In this document: in pieces, positions 27,701 through 38,913 of the stretch | Layout of the letters: each line of letters begins with the position of its first letter | Numbering within the stretch: the first letter of the stretch is position 1 | Source: Paraphysomonas bandaiensis | Lineage: Eukaryota; Protista; Chrysophyceae | Assembly: GCA_965644295.1 (NCBI GenBank) | Contig: CBFFRP010000294.1 | Span: 1-64,000, forward strand | Direction: 5' to 3' | DNA length: 64,000 nucleotides | Translations under genes and position numbers: made by a program | Notes under the pieces: model-generated | Database searches by the model: none | What the model was told of the DNA's origin: nothing | The model's input: only the letters and a program-made list of their open reading frames with translations

Positions 27701-28899
27701 AACTATATCGCTCACTATATGGCCTTCGGAGTTCTCCACGTTCATGGTGGAAGACCATACATGGATTTATAAAGTCTTTGGGATTCAAACCCTGCATTTT
27801 AGAACCATGTCTATATTATATGATGTACAAAGGTCATCGTGTGTACTTAACCATATACGTTGATGATATAGTAATCGCTTGTGCGGATCTGACTATTTTG
27901 ACAGAAATCAAGAAACGGTTTTGTGAAAGATTTGACATGTCAGACATGGGAGAATTAGAGCATTTTCTCAACGTTCGAGTTACAAGGACCAAGAATTATA
28001 TTCAACTTGACCAATCGACATACGCTGAAAAAATTCTCACCAAATATGCAGCATTCCTTGGACCTTCAAACAAAGTTCGCAAATCCCCACTACCTGTAGA
28101 TGCCATGGACAGGATTAATTGCACTGATAGTGAGAACTCATCTCAGGAGGAAGAGGGAGTCGACAATTATCCCTATCGTAGCTTACTAGGTGCCATGCTA
28201 TATCTATCAATGAATACGCGTCCAGATATTGCGTATGCTGTTGGCCTATTGTCACGATATGCTTCGAAACCAACAAAGGCTACATGCAAGTTGATGACTT
28301 ATTTGTTACAATACATCAGGGGTACTGTGCGGAAAGGTATTCGGTTCAGTGGTAAGAGCTTTGACATGCATATTTTCACAGACGCTGACTGGGCAGGCGA
28401 TACTGTGTCACGAAGGTCGACAACTGGATACATTGTGTTTGCAGCAGGTGGACCACTCACCTGGCAATCAATCTTACAAGTTACTGTGTCTACGTCTTCA
28501 ATGCAGAGTGAGTACCAAGCTATGTACGCTGGCATGCAAGAACTGGTGTGGCTTCGGGGGGTGTTGGCCGAATTGGGACTTCGACTGTACGAACCCACTC
28601 CATTTTTTTTAGATAGCCAGAGTGCTCGTGATCTAGCATTAAATCCAGTGTTCCACAAAAGATCAAAACACATTGAAATCAAATACCACTGGGTGCGTGA
28701 ACATGTAGATCCAGAAGGACGTTTTAACACTGCGATATTGTATCACGTTGGAACTGATAACCAGACTGCAGACATATTTACGAAATCTTTGTGTGGCGTT
28801 ATATACGAGAAGCATAGAAAGAGATGTCTAGGAGAAGATCAGAAGTCATCTGTGGATGTCATCAGAGAGAATTCATACAAACGAAACAGAGGCTCATAA
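24718..28899 (+). CDS. pol: Copia polyprotein: Zn knuckles, protease, integrase, reverse transcriptase, RNase H
   Basis: CSYPKCGKRGHSQKSC and CYVCGDTRHRAYKC; YLDSCAS; HKRCGH..CKAC; HSDGGAE..NGVSERRN; KARLVALG..QLDVSNAF..YVDD; FTDADWAG..DSQSA..RSKHIEIKYH..ADIFTK. Confidence 0.97.
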   Translation: MEQLYTNLYLQGDITFIDMITICRRYDQAKGVPKEGTDEVNMNSTADENEVCSYPKCGKRGHSQKSCWKKKRDLKIAKLRRQGKSRGARNRSESRRDNNEKKKSDGCYVCGDTRHRAYKCKFRAQVRSDSAQGDKNRPFLDEKPAKRTDWNRFLRREEQEEDSDSVNMIMYEEPHDDSCVSEEVLHTSDEPVYLDSCASNKLFIVKDRNFLHTVKKEDGNIQTTRAGSSLHYEETGGFGDWTDIKICPGSVKNICSGGILRSHGYGLQLLNKPTVVRLDTGETVLEATYSSNGMPYVNLQEILDLPNLTMLEEVYLSDKVHEDPLEMLHKRCGHVSKHKLIEAFKHRLFTGSGLTRRHLSKKSLRKMKGICKACAKSKMTRKSFTAKRDDELQATEFLEKVSVDIAVYFNCPSRQGYKYVLTLSDIATKEFWEYPLETRSANEVLSCVKDWVERKLPTYPGSHRLIQYHSDGGAELIDKSIQQYLMSKFGTSITWSSTDSPEMNGVSERRNRTLGEMTLALLMDSGLPVIFWWDAYVYACMIVRRMPTRTYRGWMSPMECVPGGSVPDLSRFRRWGCKAYVLIPKGDRRKDWQEKSQTGYFIGLSNTKKGSRVWLGDKEVVSVHVLYDESIPPRDKEYYAELEEALVKTDPLDRSVEEFKHLIGSYHVDDGFLFKTTRVVVRKGLIVAFRALVTAGKEQIEEKVPIHVRDIAELTGDYNRRLYSKPRSCDDKRGGSSSTPASGDTPNKSTADEIPGKRMSLRTLPESSAGAVPSGVSANRVFENVPSCVPSENSGTVHAESRETSGKRTRIRRVLTNVSTLGEVNLLHDEEIVNLCDESDCALMSNSSTYREPETYEESLTCPEASNWKEARRLERNALFKREVFNVVETPPGVRPLKSRYVFKRKYNKDGSIKKHKARLVALGYGQRTGIDVENTFAPVVKSITVRLIIALAFMFSMHIHQLDVSNAFCYAKIEGDVYMDPPPDFQLPPGHCFKLYRSLYGLRSSPRSWWKTIHGFIKSLGFKPCILEPCLYYMMYKGHRVYLTIYVDDIVIACADLTILTEIKKRFCERFDMSDMGELEHFLNVRVTRTKNYIQLDQSTYAEKILTKYAAFLGPSNKVRKSPLPVDAMDRINCTDSENSSQEEEGVDNYPYRSLLGAMLYLSMNTRPDIAYAVGLLSRYASKPTKATCKLMTYLLQYIRGTVRKGIRFSGKSFDMHIFTDADWAGDTVSRRSTTGYIVFAAGGPLTWQSILQVTVSTSSMQSEYQAMYAGMQELVWLRGVLAELGLRLYEPTPFFLDSQSARDLALNPVFHKRSKHIEIKYHWVREHVDPEGRFNTAILYHVGTDNQTADIFTKSLCGVIYEKHRKRCLGEDQKSSVDVIRENSYKRNRGS

Positions 28900-29017
28900 A
28901 CGTGTTGTCTACGGAGAGGCTAGCTGAAACGTCGGAGCCATACGTCCACCGGTTTGTCCTATACGGTTTCGGTGGTTGCGTATCCGTCAGTTATGCCATG
29001 TGTTACAGCTTTGAATT

Positions 29018-29026
29018 GAGAGGGAG
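29018..29026 (+). promoter_or_regulatory. Polypurine tract
   Basis: GAGAGGGAG immediately before the 3' LTR. Confidence 0.8.
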
Positions 29027-29346
29027 TGTTGAGTTTTGCTGTTTGTGAGCAATTAAAAGCTGTAGTTTCCAAGATATTAGAATTATATCCGTTACTCAAA
29101 GAATACAGTAGTAGCTAGCTGTAGTATGAGAACCAATAATATGATAGCCATTGTAGTGATAAAACTGAAATATACTGACTGTACAAGATAGTGACGATGT
29201 AAGATCGTACTAGAAATGGTTGGTGTAGTAGAGATAGAAAGAGTTGGTGAACGTCAATGAATGAAGTATGGTATCTCTTATAATTATATAATATTCCATA
29301 TAAGTGTTAACAAAGGTCTTATTACTAAAAATGTCTATTTCTAACA
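29027..29346 (+). repeat. 3' LTR (320 bp)
   Basis: Matches the 5' LTR; followed by the TSD CAATA. Confidence 0.97.
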
Positions 29347-29351
29347 CAATA

Positions 29352-29686
29352 AGTGTCACTGGTGTAGACGACTTTGGATCCTGACGAATAAAGAGGAATC
29401 CGGGACAGGGCCCACCTTAAGAGTAATCGGTTATTGGGCTGCCTGCTGAAGTCAAGCATCCGGGATATTAAGCTTAAGGACTCAAAAAACCTGAAGTCAG
29501 CAGATTTCAGGCATATCAATATTGAGTGATAGAGCGAAAATGGTTGCACCTTGGTGCTAGCCGTGACGCACAAGCAGCTTTCGTAGCGCTTAATAGTAGG
29601 ATATCGGAGTTAAGTACTAGTTCGTTAATTTGTTTTGCTACATTAGTTTGGACTGTTACACGCCTATTGCTAATAATCAGACTTTC
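29352..29686. repeat. Unclassified dispersed repeat: right part of the copy split by the copia
   Basis: Aligns with 48419-48810 (shared GGGACAGGGCCCACCT, CTGCTGAAGTCAAGCATCCGGGAT, TGGTTGCACCTT, GACGCACAAGCAG, terminal AGACTTTC). Confidence 0.85.
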
Positions 29687-30407
29687 GCTACTGTTTGATG
29701 ATCTTTTATTGACAGTTGACTCATTATTGTCGTTTCTCTAAATTGTGTAATATAATGAAATCATATTGTACACATGACTGTCAATATCATAATTAGGACA
29801 GAAGATAGTCACTGTTCGAACGAATATTGAAGCTTAATGTCTTTTTTTCCGGTGCTAGTATGAGCGTTCTGTTGAACCCAATTCAGGTCAAAAATACTTT
29901 TAAAGACACAATGGGGATAATCATATAGGCATTCATTATTTTCAGAATGAAGGACGAGAAACCTAAGAAATTGTAGGAAGCAACTATAACCTTTTAGTCA
30001 ATAGAGTGAATAATATAAAGATTAAAGGATATGAGCCTTGCAGGCACACCAATGAAAAATCAGATGAGGATCGTGGGTAATATATGGACTCGATGGGCCA
30101 GGACAAGACATTGTAGTACAGCACCAAGTGTTGCCGAGTTCAGCGGAAGTTAATGTAAGAATTAAGTATGGAAGAGCTCAATGAGATCGGAAAATATACC
30201 TGTCTATCTGTCTATAGCAAAATCACTGCTTTATGAATATTAAACAAACTAGAGGTAACAATTGAGATATTATAGGACCAAACAGTACGAATATACAACA
30301 GTAGGTCCGATAATGTGAACGTTGCGTTGAACGTACTCTATAATACTCTATAAACAACATTATGTACAAGTGTATCGTATCGTACGGCACCATCAACAAA
30401 GTGTGGT

Positions 30408-33400
30408 TCACTCCAGACCACTAACTTTTTCTAATCGCTGAACGTCAGGGGATGGCAAATGTAATTCATGTGAACGTGATATAGTTGACTCTTTTGAAAG
30501 ATTAGAAGATAGAGATTCCACAAGTTGATTTTGGGGCATCGTGTTAGCGATTCGCATCTTAAATCCACTCTTCTTAACAAATTTCGCCGACGCGCTGTCA
30601 TTATTTGACGCACCATAATTGTTGTGACGTCTCCTCAACACACCTGCAGACATTGGGCGTCGAGAACTCGTAGAATGCGACCCAGCTTCTGAGTCACACA
30701 GCTTCCTCAGATCATTGGCAAGTGCTGATGTCGAATGAGTTGTCGACATTGCACCATCACCACCATTTCTTGCATACTCGTCCAATTTACTGGCAAGTAA
30801 TTCTTCAGATACACTATTATTGGGATCGTGATACACTTCCGCGGCGGATGCACTTTTGCGCATGTTTTGTCTTTTTGTTGAGTCCGATGTCTGTAAGTGC
30901 TGCTGGATTCGTGAACGAAGTTGCCCTAACGGATTCGAGGTTACTCTCATTCTAAGGGGCCTATCACATGCCATGCATGCCGGAGTAGCACCACGACTGC
31001 TAGGTCGACCAGACACAGCGGCAGCATTTCTTCCTAATGACGAGGATGTGCCCAGAACGATAGCATCTAGCTTTCCAATGGCAAGATCAAGTGCATCTAT
31101 AAATCGATTAAGAAAGCATGCCCGGGCCTCTTTCCTAACAATTCCGGCCTGCAAAATCAACCAGTTATATAGGGAGACTTATCCATATCTACTCACATCA
31201 GGACGTAACTGGTCGAGTTCTTTATGGAATTCATCAAAAAAATGAACAAGGAAACGCTCCCGATTCACATTACAAAACTCTTCATGAGTGACTGAAATAG
31301 TTTGCTGATCCCCATTTTCAGAACTATTAAATTCATCAGTGTCTTGAAAGGGTTGCTGAGGCTGTGATCCTCGCATCACCTTTGTGAGAACATCTACCAC
31401 AACATAATGTAGCAGTTAGTTAAAACGACCGCCACGTTAGAGTTACCTATATCAGTTGAATCTACCACGTGGCGGGCTAGCCAGTGAGTACACTTGGCTA
31501 TATCTACTGCCAGCTCCATGCTCATTGAGAGATGCATGGCCTCCTGGCCTCTACTATGCATTTGCACTGCCTGTGCAGAGCAATGTAACACAAGGACGCA
31601 TGATACCCCCCGTAAAAAAACATACCTTATCTTCGAAACTCAGACAGAGGTGTACAACTGCATATGACAATAAGAACTGCAAAACAACTCCGAAGACAAT
31701 CTACCTTGTTCTGGGGATGGTGGCATTGGGGCCGTGGTGTTCACCCACTTCTCTATCTGTGATAGTTTCTCTGTTGTTTCAGCAGTTACATGTGCTACCA
31801 ACTTCGCCTGCTTCTTCTGATCGCCCACTACTGCTTCCAATTTATTCATTGCATGGCGAGACGCGGAACGACATGAAGATAGTTCCGAGTTTAGATGTTC
31901 CATGGCGTCTTCTAACTGCTGCTTGGTGTCCGTAAACTGAAAAACTTCACATAAACACAACATCCTGAATAAAGTACATATGTCACCTTCGTTTCGTCAA
32001 GTTCAGACTTGTCTTGTATATCTTTCACGCTTTCGCACAATTCTGTATTTCCATTATCAGAAACTGTACATTACTACCTATTCACACACCTTTTAGTGTT
32101 GCACAACTCGTTGTCTGTGTCTGCTCCAATTTCTCCAGTCGCTCCAGCATTGTACCATGAAGCGAATACAGGCGCTCTAATCTACTGGTTTGTGTTTCTA
32201 CCTTTTCCAGAATATCACTAACATTGCCTGTGGGGTTATGGTTGCATTTATAACGGATATCCCTACAGAGTACACTACTACCTTCCAATCTGCCAATACG
32301 ATCATTAATCACTGTAAACTGCTCGGAGCTACGCCCATCGCGCTCAGCCCACTCCTCTTTCAAACGCACAAGATGGGCACTCACGGCTTTTCTTTCATAT
32401 ATTATGGTAAAGTGAAGGCAAGGATAATTCAAGTGACATACTTGTGGTAATTATGCGTTGATTCGATAGTTTCACACCGTGATGTTATCTGCAAAAACGC
32501 AATTACGAGAAAAATAGTAGAAAGAAATACTCATACCATGTTGCTAAGCTGGTGTCTATTGCGTTCAACTGTTTCAGTAATAGCAGCCACCCGGTTCGAA
32601 GCAGTCTCCTTTTCGCTTTCATATTCATGAAACTTGTGTTTTATACTGTCTATATACAAGCCTATGGCACGATGCACGCGTATTAACAAATTACAATAGT
32701 ACAGCAAATCAATATAAGATTCGTACAACAATACGCACCAATTAGCTCAATACACCCAACTGGATCCTTTTTAATATTCAGCCTGCTCATAAGCGATCCA
32801 TAACATTCGCTCGTCTCTTGCAAAATGTCCAGAGGAGTACTGACAGCATGAGACAGGGATTTAATTTCATCGCAAACTCTGTTGGGCGGATTGTTATGGG
32901 TGTATATAGAGCTATCACTTTTGTCTACTTCTGGATCACCAGATACAGACATCCCTTCACAACTTTCCTTAAATTTTTGTAAGATTACTTTTCGCTTCCA
33001 GAATCTGAAGAATGGACCAAGAGAAGGGCGGCTATTTTGCTCCCACATGAACACCAAATTTCTGATATGTAACCTCAATTTCTATATACAGTTTTAGATT
33101 GAGTTAAAAATATAATTTCCGACCTCTCTTCTACATTGTAGTTTGTGAAAATGAATCCATTCAACAAACGCTTTCTTGAGCACAAAGCCCTGGCCAGCGT
33201 GGGACAAAAGTTGAAGTACACGACGACCTGTAGCACAATCACTTCACACAATCAACTACTCAAACAGCACCTCTTCTCAAGAGACCAATAGGATCAAATT
33301 CTGTCAACCACAACAATAAATACAAAACAAAAAGACACGTGATTCTAACCTTGCCAAGACCGGTAGGCTCGACGCAATAAGTATATTTCTCTGTGATAAA

Positions 33401-35457
33401 ACTAAATAAGGTAAAGCACCTGCCCCTTATACTGTACCTTTGTCGCACAAAAGCTTGCAAGTGTTCTACGCCTCTCTTCAGAGGCAAACTAAATGCAATC
33501 TTAGTTGCTCGTGTAGACTGCACATACAAACTAAGGCCATTCTAACGGGGAATAATAGGGAAAAGCGTTATACCGTTATCATGGCCTGTGTGAGCTGCTC
33601 GTTCAGTTCAGTAACTGCCTCACGGATGCTGGCATTCGTCGCTTGTTTGAGGTCATTAAGCCTGACTCAGCAATTAATATAACAATCAATATGAAGCTTG
33701 CGTACTTTTGGGTTCCAGTGCTACTAGTCTCTGTATAGCAAAACGCATTACGCAGAAGAAAACAAAGCTTTAACCCTACCATCCAGGGATCTATGTACCA
33801 GCTTCTCTGTCTCCATGACCTTTGTCTTGTCAACGCAGTTACGATACAACATGCTAGATTACCTTATTCATGAGGTACTTATTCTGGTTCGCGGCGTTGT
33901 CATCCGCCTGAGGCATACATGAACTTAGAAAAGTAGGACATACCGATATAATTCATACATCGTCCAATCTCGACACAATAGACTTTATCTGGCCCTCAAG
34001 ACTGTCCTGTAGCTTTATCAACTCAACCTGGTTACAACAAAATAATTATATACAGTGAAATTTTCTTTCAGAACGTCATTACCATATTGGCACCCCCATC
34101 TCGTTTCTCTTTCATCAAGCCTTTCACTTGCTTCTGAATCTCTACAATGGAATCAGATCACCGGCAAACATATACATAACCAAAAATATGCTCTACCTGA
34201 CACTTTCGCAAACATACTCGCTTCGAGTGCATTATGAAGATCAATTCTTCGAACAACAAGTCTAAGTGCTTCGATGTCAGCAAATAATTGTTTTATTTTG
34301 TCCACATCATTTTCTTGCGAAGAATGGGCAGGTGACTTATTGAGAAGCTCGCGGACATTGTTGATGTCCTACATATCTATTACATAATGCACGATACGCA
34401 AAATACAAACTCACAAGCTGACAATGTTCAATTTTTCGAATAAGACCAGGAATCTGCAGAGGCTTTAGGAAACGAATTACATGAAAGAGTGAGAGCAAAA
34501 CCTTGTTGAGATCTTCCATAATTTGATCTAGCCAAGTTGGATGAGATATCTCTGTTTCATGCCTTTGTAATTGCTTTTTCATTTGCCTGAGATGTATCTA
34601 CACACAGAGATTATCATATGATTACATATAACTACGTACAACTTTATATATGACTATATATGACAATATATATGGCTACATACAACTTCATATATACGAC
34701 TACATACAACTATATAGAACTATACATATGACTATATACCATTACATATATGACTATATAGAGCTATACATGACTATATTGAGCTATATACATGACTATA
34801 TAGAGCTATACATGACTATATAGAGCTTACATGACTATATAGAGCTATATACATGACTATATTGAGCAATACATGACTATATAGAGCTATATGTGACTAT
34901 ATAGAGCTATATACATGACTATATTGAGCAATACATGACTATATATCACTATATAGAGCTATGCATGACTATATTGAGCTATATGTGACTATATAGAGCT
35001 ATATACATGACTATATTGAGCAATACATGATTATATTGAGCTATATTCATGACTATATAGAGCTATACATGACTATATTGAGCAATACATGACTATATAT
35101 CACTATATAGAGCTATGCATGACTATATAGAACTATATATGACTATATAGAGCTATGCATGACTATATTGAGCTATATGTGACTATATAGAGCTATGCAT
35201 GACTATATTGAGCTATACATGACTGCATAGAGCTATATGTGACTATATAGAGCTATATATGACTACACCCCTACCTCTAATGCTCCTGTATTGACTTGAA
35301 CAATAGTACTCGGTCTTTGAGTTCTTTGTGTTCTTTTAGCACGTAATGATTTTGCAGCTTCTTGCATCATTTGACGTCTATCATCATCACTACTTGACTC
35401 TTCCTCGTCCTCCTCTTCTTCATTAATATTATTTAAACTATCCATATCATCATCCAT
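30408..35457 (-). CDS. Large multi-exon hypothetical coiled-coil protein
   Basis: ATG at 35457 (acidic N-terminus), many short GT-AG introns joining coiled-coil-like minus-strand frames, last exon with CMACDRP ending at 30408. Internal exon boundaries not all resolved. Confidence 0.65.
34620..35264. repeat. ~20-bp minisatellite (GACTATATAGAGCTATACAT) in the first intron
   Basis: Many degenerate copies, more decayed toward 34620; begins just inside the splice donor of exon 1. Confidence 0.92.
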
Positions 35458-36176
35458 TATTTAATTAGAATATCTTGGTAGTTGTTTATTAATATGGTTA
35501 TATTGATAGATGGTTATATGAATAGAGTTCTATATGTATGTATGTTTATATTTGAATTATGATGGTGTTTATATGGTAAAACGTATATATATATATGTAT
35601 ATATGTACATATGTATATATGTATGTGTAGGTGTATGTGTATCTCATACATATAGACTATATTGTATGTAGTGGTGTGTGTATATATGTATAGGTGTATG
35701 TGTACAGCAGTGTATAGTATGGAGGGTATAGTACACTGCTGTATAGGTAGATGATAGTCTATGTCCTCTAGTCTCCAGTTTTTGGTGATATGGACAGTAG
35801 GAATTCCTACAAACCATACCGCATAGTATGCCCTGCTGTGTACTGCTGTATATAAGTACTGTACTGTGTATACCATGTAGCGGTATATGGTATATACAGT
35901 ACTGTATATAAACAGCAGTATACAGCAGCAGTATACCAATATACATATGGATACTACAATGCCGTCTAGCATATAGTACATAGTAGGAATCCTACAGCAG
36001 TATACAGGCATATATGTATATATATATATATACATACATACATCCAACTCCTGCTATCATTAACGGCCTTATCACTATAATATAACAATTACATACCCCT
36101 TACACACACACACATATATCTACATACCCTCCTCTCTCTTCCTTCTTATCTATTACCCCTCTATAAACTCAAACTA

Positions 36177-37975
36177 ATGGCTGCTACAATAGAAATGGAG
36201 CTGTGGAATATCTTCACATGCTATACATTACATGGATGTCCAAGAGATCCTAGTCGTATAACTGAAACACAATTTCTTAAATTATGTAAAGATTCAGCTG
36301 TGTTTAATCCTTCTATGGTTGATGTACCATTAACTCAAGCGGATCTTCATCTTATATGGACATCAGAGTTAAAGGCATGCAATAAGGTGCGTATATGTAT
36401 GTATAGATGTATGTATAGATGTATGTAGAGACACTGTATATATATGTATGTATATACACTTGTATAGTTACTGTATAGATATATGTATTAGACAACGATG
36501 GTTATATACGATATGTATAACATATAATGGCTATCTAGTCTGCTGGAAGTTCAGAATCTGGACGACTTGATTACAAGGAGCTGTTATCTTGCTTAATTAG
36601 GGTGGCTGCTAGATGCTATCCAAATTGTAGTGGTTCGGAGGAGTCCATGCAGCAGTTATTAATGGACAATATCCTTCCTATGGCTGCTCGCCGTCGGCCT
36701 GTCTCATTAACAAGCTTTGTGTCCCAACCGATGATTGAAGATCTCTTTGAATACTATCAGGAAGCTCTGCATGAAATATTTCGATACTACGCTAATAATT
36801 CTGATAACATATCACGGAACATGATTAAATCAACGGCTTCTAAATCCAGAACATTCGATGAACAGAAGAGTCTCATTGCTGAGGCTAGAGAAAGAACCCA
36901 AGCGCGCACAGTGACGGCCTCCCAGATGAATTACGAAGAGTTTTTAAGTTTTGCCAGCGATTTTGGTCTGGCAAGCAGGTAAAGAATAGTCGTATTTGTG
37001 TATCATTGTTCTGCATAATCTATTACATAGCATGGCCCTTACTACTCTAGACCTGGGTGATATTTTCTTGACTGTAATATCCACACAGTCCTTTGAGACA
37101 ACTCTGCGCAGTATCTCTTTTCGAGAATTTTGGGAGGTAAATGGATAACATCTGCTTCAAGAGCTAGCTGGATAATTAATCACTTGAATTCTTTTTGTAG
37201 GTTCTTGTGCGCTGCGCTCTGGTGGCCTTTCGAAAAACAAAAGTATGGTTATAGATAATCGTGTAATTGATATGAAATGAAACGGTTGTATAGGACATCC
37301 CCACCGAAGATAAGCTGAAAGGAATGTTTCTTTACATGTGGCGGCACATGCAACAGTCAATGCTCGCCAATAGTAGTGGAGGAGGAAGCAGAACTGCAGC
37401 TGCTGGGGGCTTTACCATATTCCAGGGAGGGTTGCTTAGAGGCTCAAAGGTATGTACCATTCGTGACTTTTCATCTCGCGAATGGGAGTAAAGTAGTTTT
37501 GCAGATATTGAATGAGAGATTTATCATGGCTTGGAACAAAGATGGATTCAGAGATTATCTTGACAGAAATCATGTGAGGCCATAGATGCCTATCACCACG
37601 TTTACTACATCTAACATTCGTTGTATCCCACAGAGCAGATCCGCTGCTGATACCGCTCACAACGATGGCAGCGTGATTGAGAAGGTGGTCGGAATCCCAG
37701 CAAAATCTAAACACGGCACGAAAGATGACAGCAAGCGCAGTGGAGTAACGGCAGAGCGTCCTGCTACTCGTGCCAAAACCCCACCACGCCATATTACTGT
37801 CAATATTCATATAAATGATAACGATGACTTGAATGACGAAAGGATTCAACCGCAACAGTTGCGTAAACTTTTGCAATCTCGGCCTGATCTTGCTCAACTT
37901 CTCTACGAATGTGTTGTGGAGGAGGGTTTGGATCAACTGGAAGACGAAGACGACGACCTTGATGCAAACACATGA
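36177..37975 (+). CDS. p25alpha/TPPP-like domain protein (multi-exon)
   Basis: LWNIFTCY..QFLKLCKD..LTQADLHLIW..RLDYKELLSCLIRVAARCYP, plus a second similar unit (EIFRYY..MNYEEFLSFASDF..DLGDIFL..ISFREFWE), resembling p25alpha/EF-hand-like folds. Confidence 0.6.
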
Positions 37976-38913
37976 AAGATCTTTGGTCATGTAATGAAAC
38001 TACTTGAGCATATGTAGAGTTCATTTCATTCTGTTCGTTGTTCTATATACTATACATACGTGTGAAAATGCTCATGTGACTAATTTATTCTAGACAACTT
38101 CCTGGCAATCATTGTAGAAGATAATGGAGAATAGAATATTGCGGCCACACTATAGTTACCTTATGTCCTCTTTATTACTGTAGTTCCCCCTCGAGTAATC
38201 ATATGAATTGATTTCTTATATATGTGTTAGGAAAGGGTTAATAACTAAAACGATATCAAGATTTTGGTTTACAAGTGGTAAGGGTAAATTAATGTGGTAC
38301 AGAGTACAGAGTCTCTATCATTAATAGTTCGAAGAATAAGAAAAAAACGATTATACACTATATTGAAAATCCACATACTTGAGAAAAACCACTTCAGCTA
38401 TCAGCTATATATATAATATATAATATCTATAGGTATACTCTATCATTGTCAGCGTTGCAAGTGCTCTATAAACATATTAACCCCTCTCCTACTCCACTCC
38501 TGGCAGAATTCAATGCCGTCAATCGGAAAAGGCCAATGCTCCATCTCGAGGTCGTCGGTTTCATGTTTTCTTAGCGGACAAGAAGAAATTCAAAAGTAAG
38601 TATTTAGATATATAGCATATGTGTCATAGAGCATAGGTTGCTGCATGTGAAATGTAGATAAGCAAGAGGTTCTATACTCTATACTAGAATTGTTTACGAC
38701 TCGTAGTACAACAACTGATAAATTGTAATATCAGAGAGATTGCATGACACGTAAATAATTATTATTGTGTGACTAATAATATCATTACTTTCACATTGAG
38801 TGATAGAATGACATGCTTTTTCAAGCTAACAACAGATAGACGTAATTCTTGTAAAATAACCACTCACGATCTGAGAATAGCCTCCATGTATCCATCCAGT
38901 AATTATACCCGAC

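Larger units (their letters stand above)
23831..29346 (+). mobile_element. Full-length Ty1/copia LTR retrotransposon
   Basis: TG...CA LTRs at 23831-24150 and 29027-29346. 5-bp TSD CAATA (23826-23830 and 29347-29351). PBS and PPT present. Domain order gag-PR-IN-RT-RH. Confidence 0.98.

Noticed and set aside
17900-28730. Antisense and alternative-frame ORFs overlapping the Myb, RRM and pol genes
   Set aside because: Shadow ORFs of well-supported genes, with no independent motifs.
28909-28988. Stem-loop in the copia 3' UTR (also a GU-rich hairpin at ~50402-50437)
   Set aside because: Imperfect pairing with no covariation evidence available; no SECIS core or in-frame Sec codon supported.
29380-29400. 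CTGACGA as a hammerhead ribozyme core (Penelope-like)
   Set aside because: No stem II followed by GAAA, and the motif is altered (TTGACGA) in the 48.4-kb copy.
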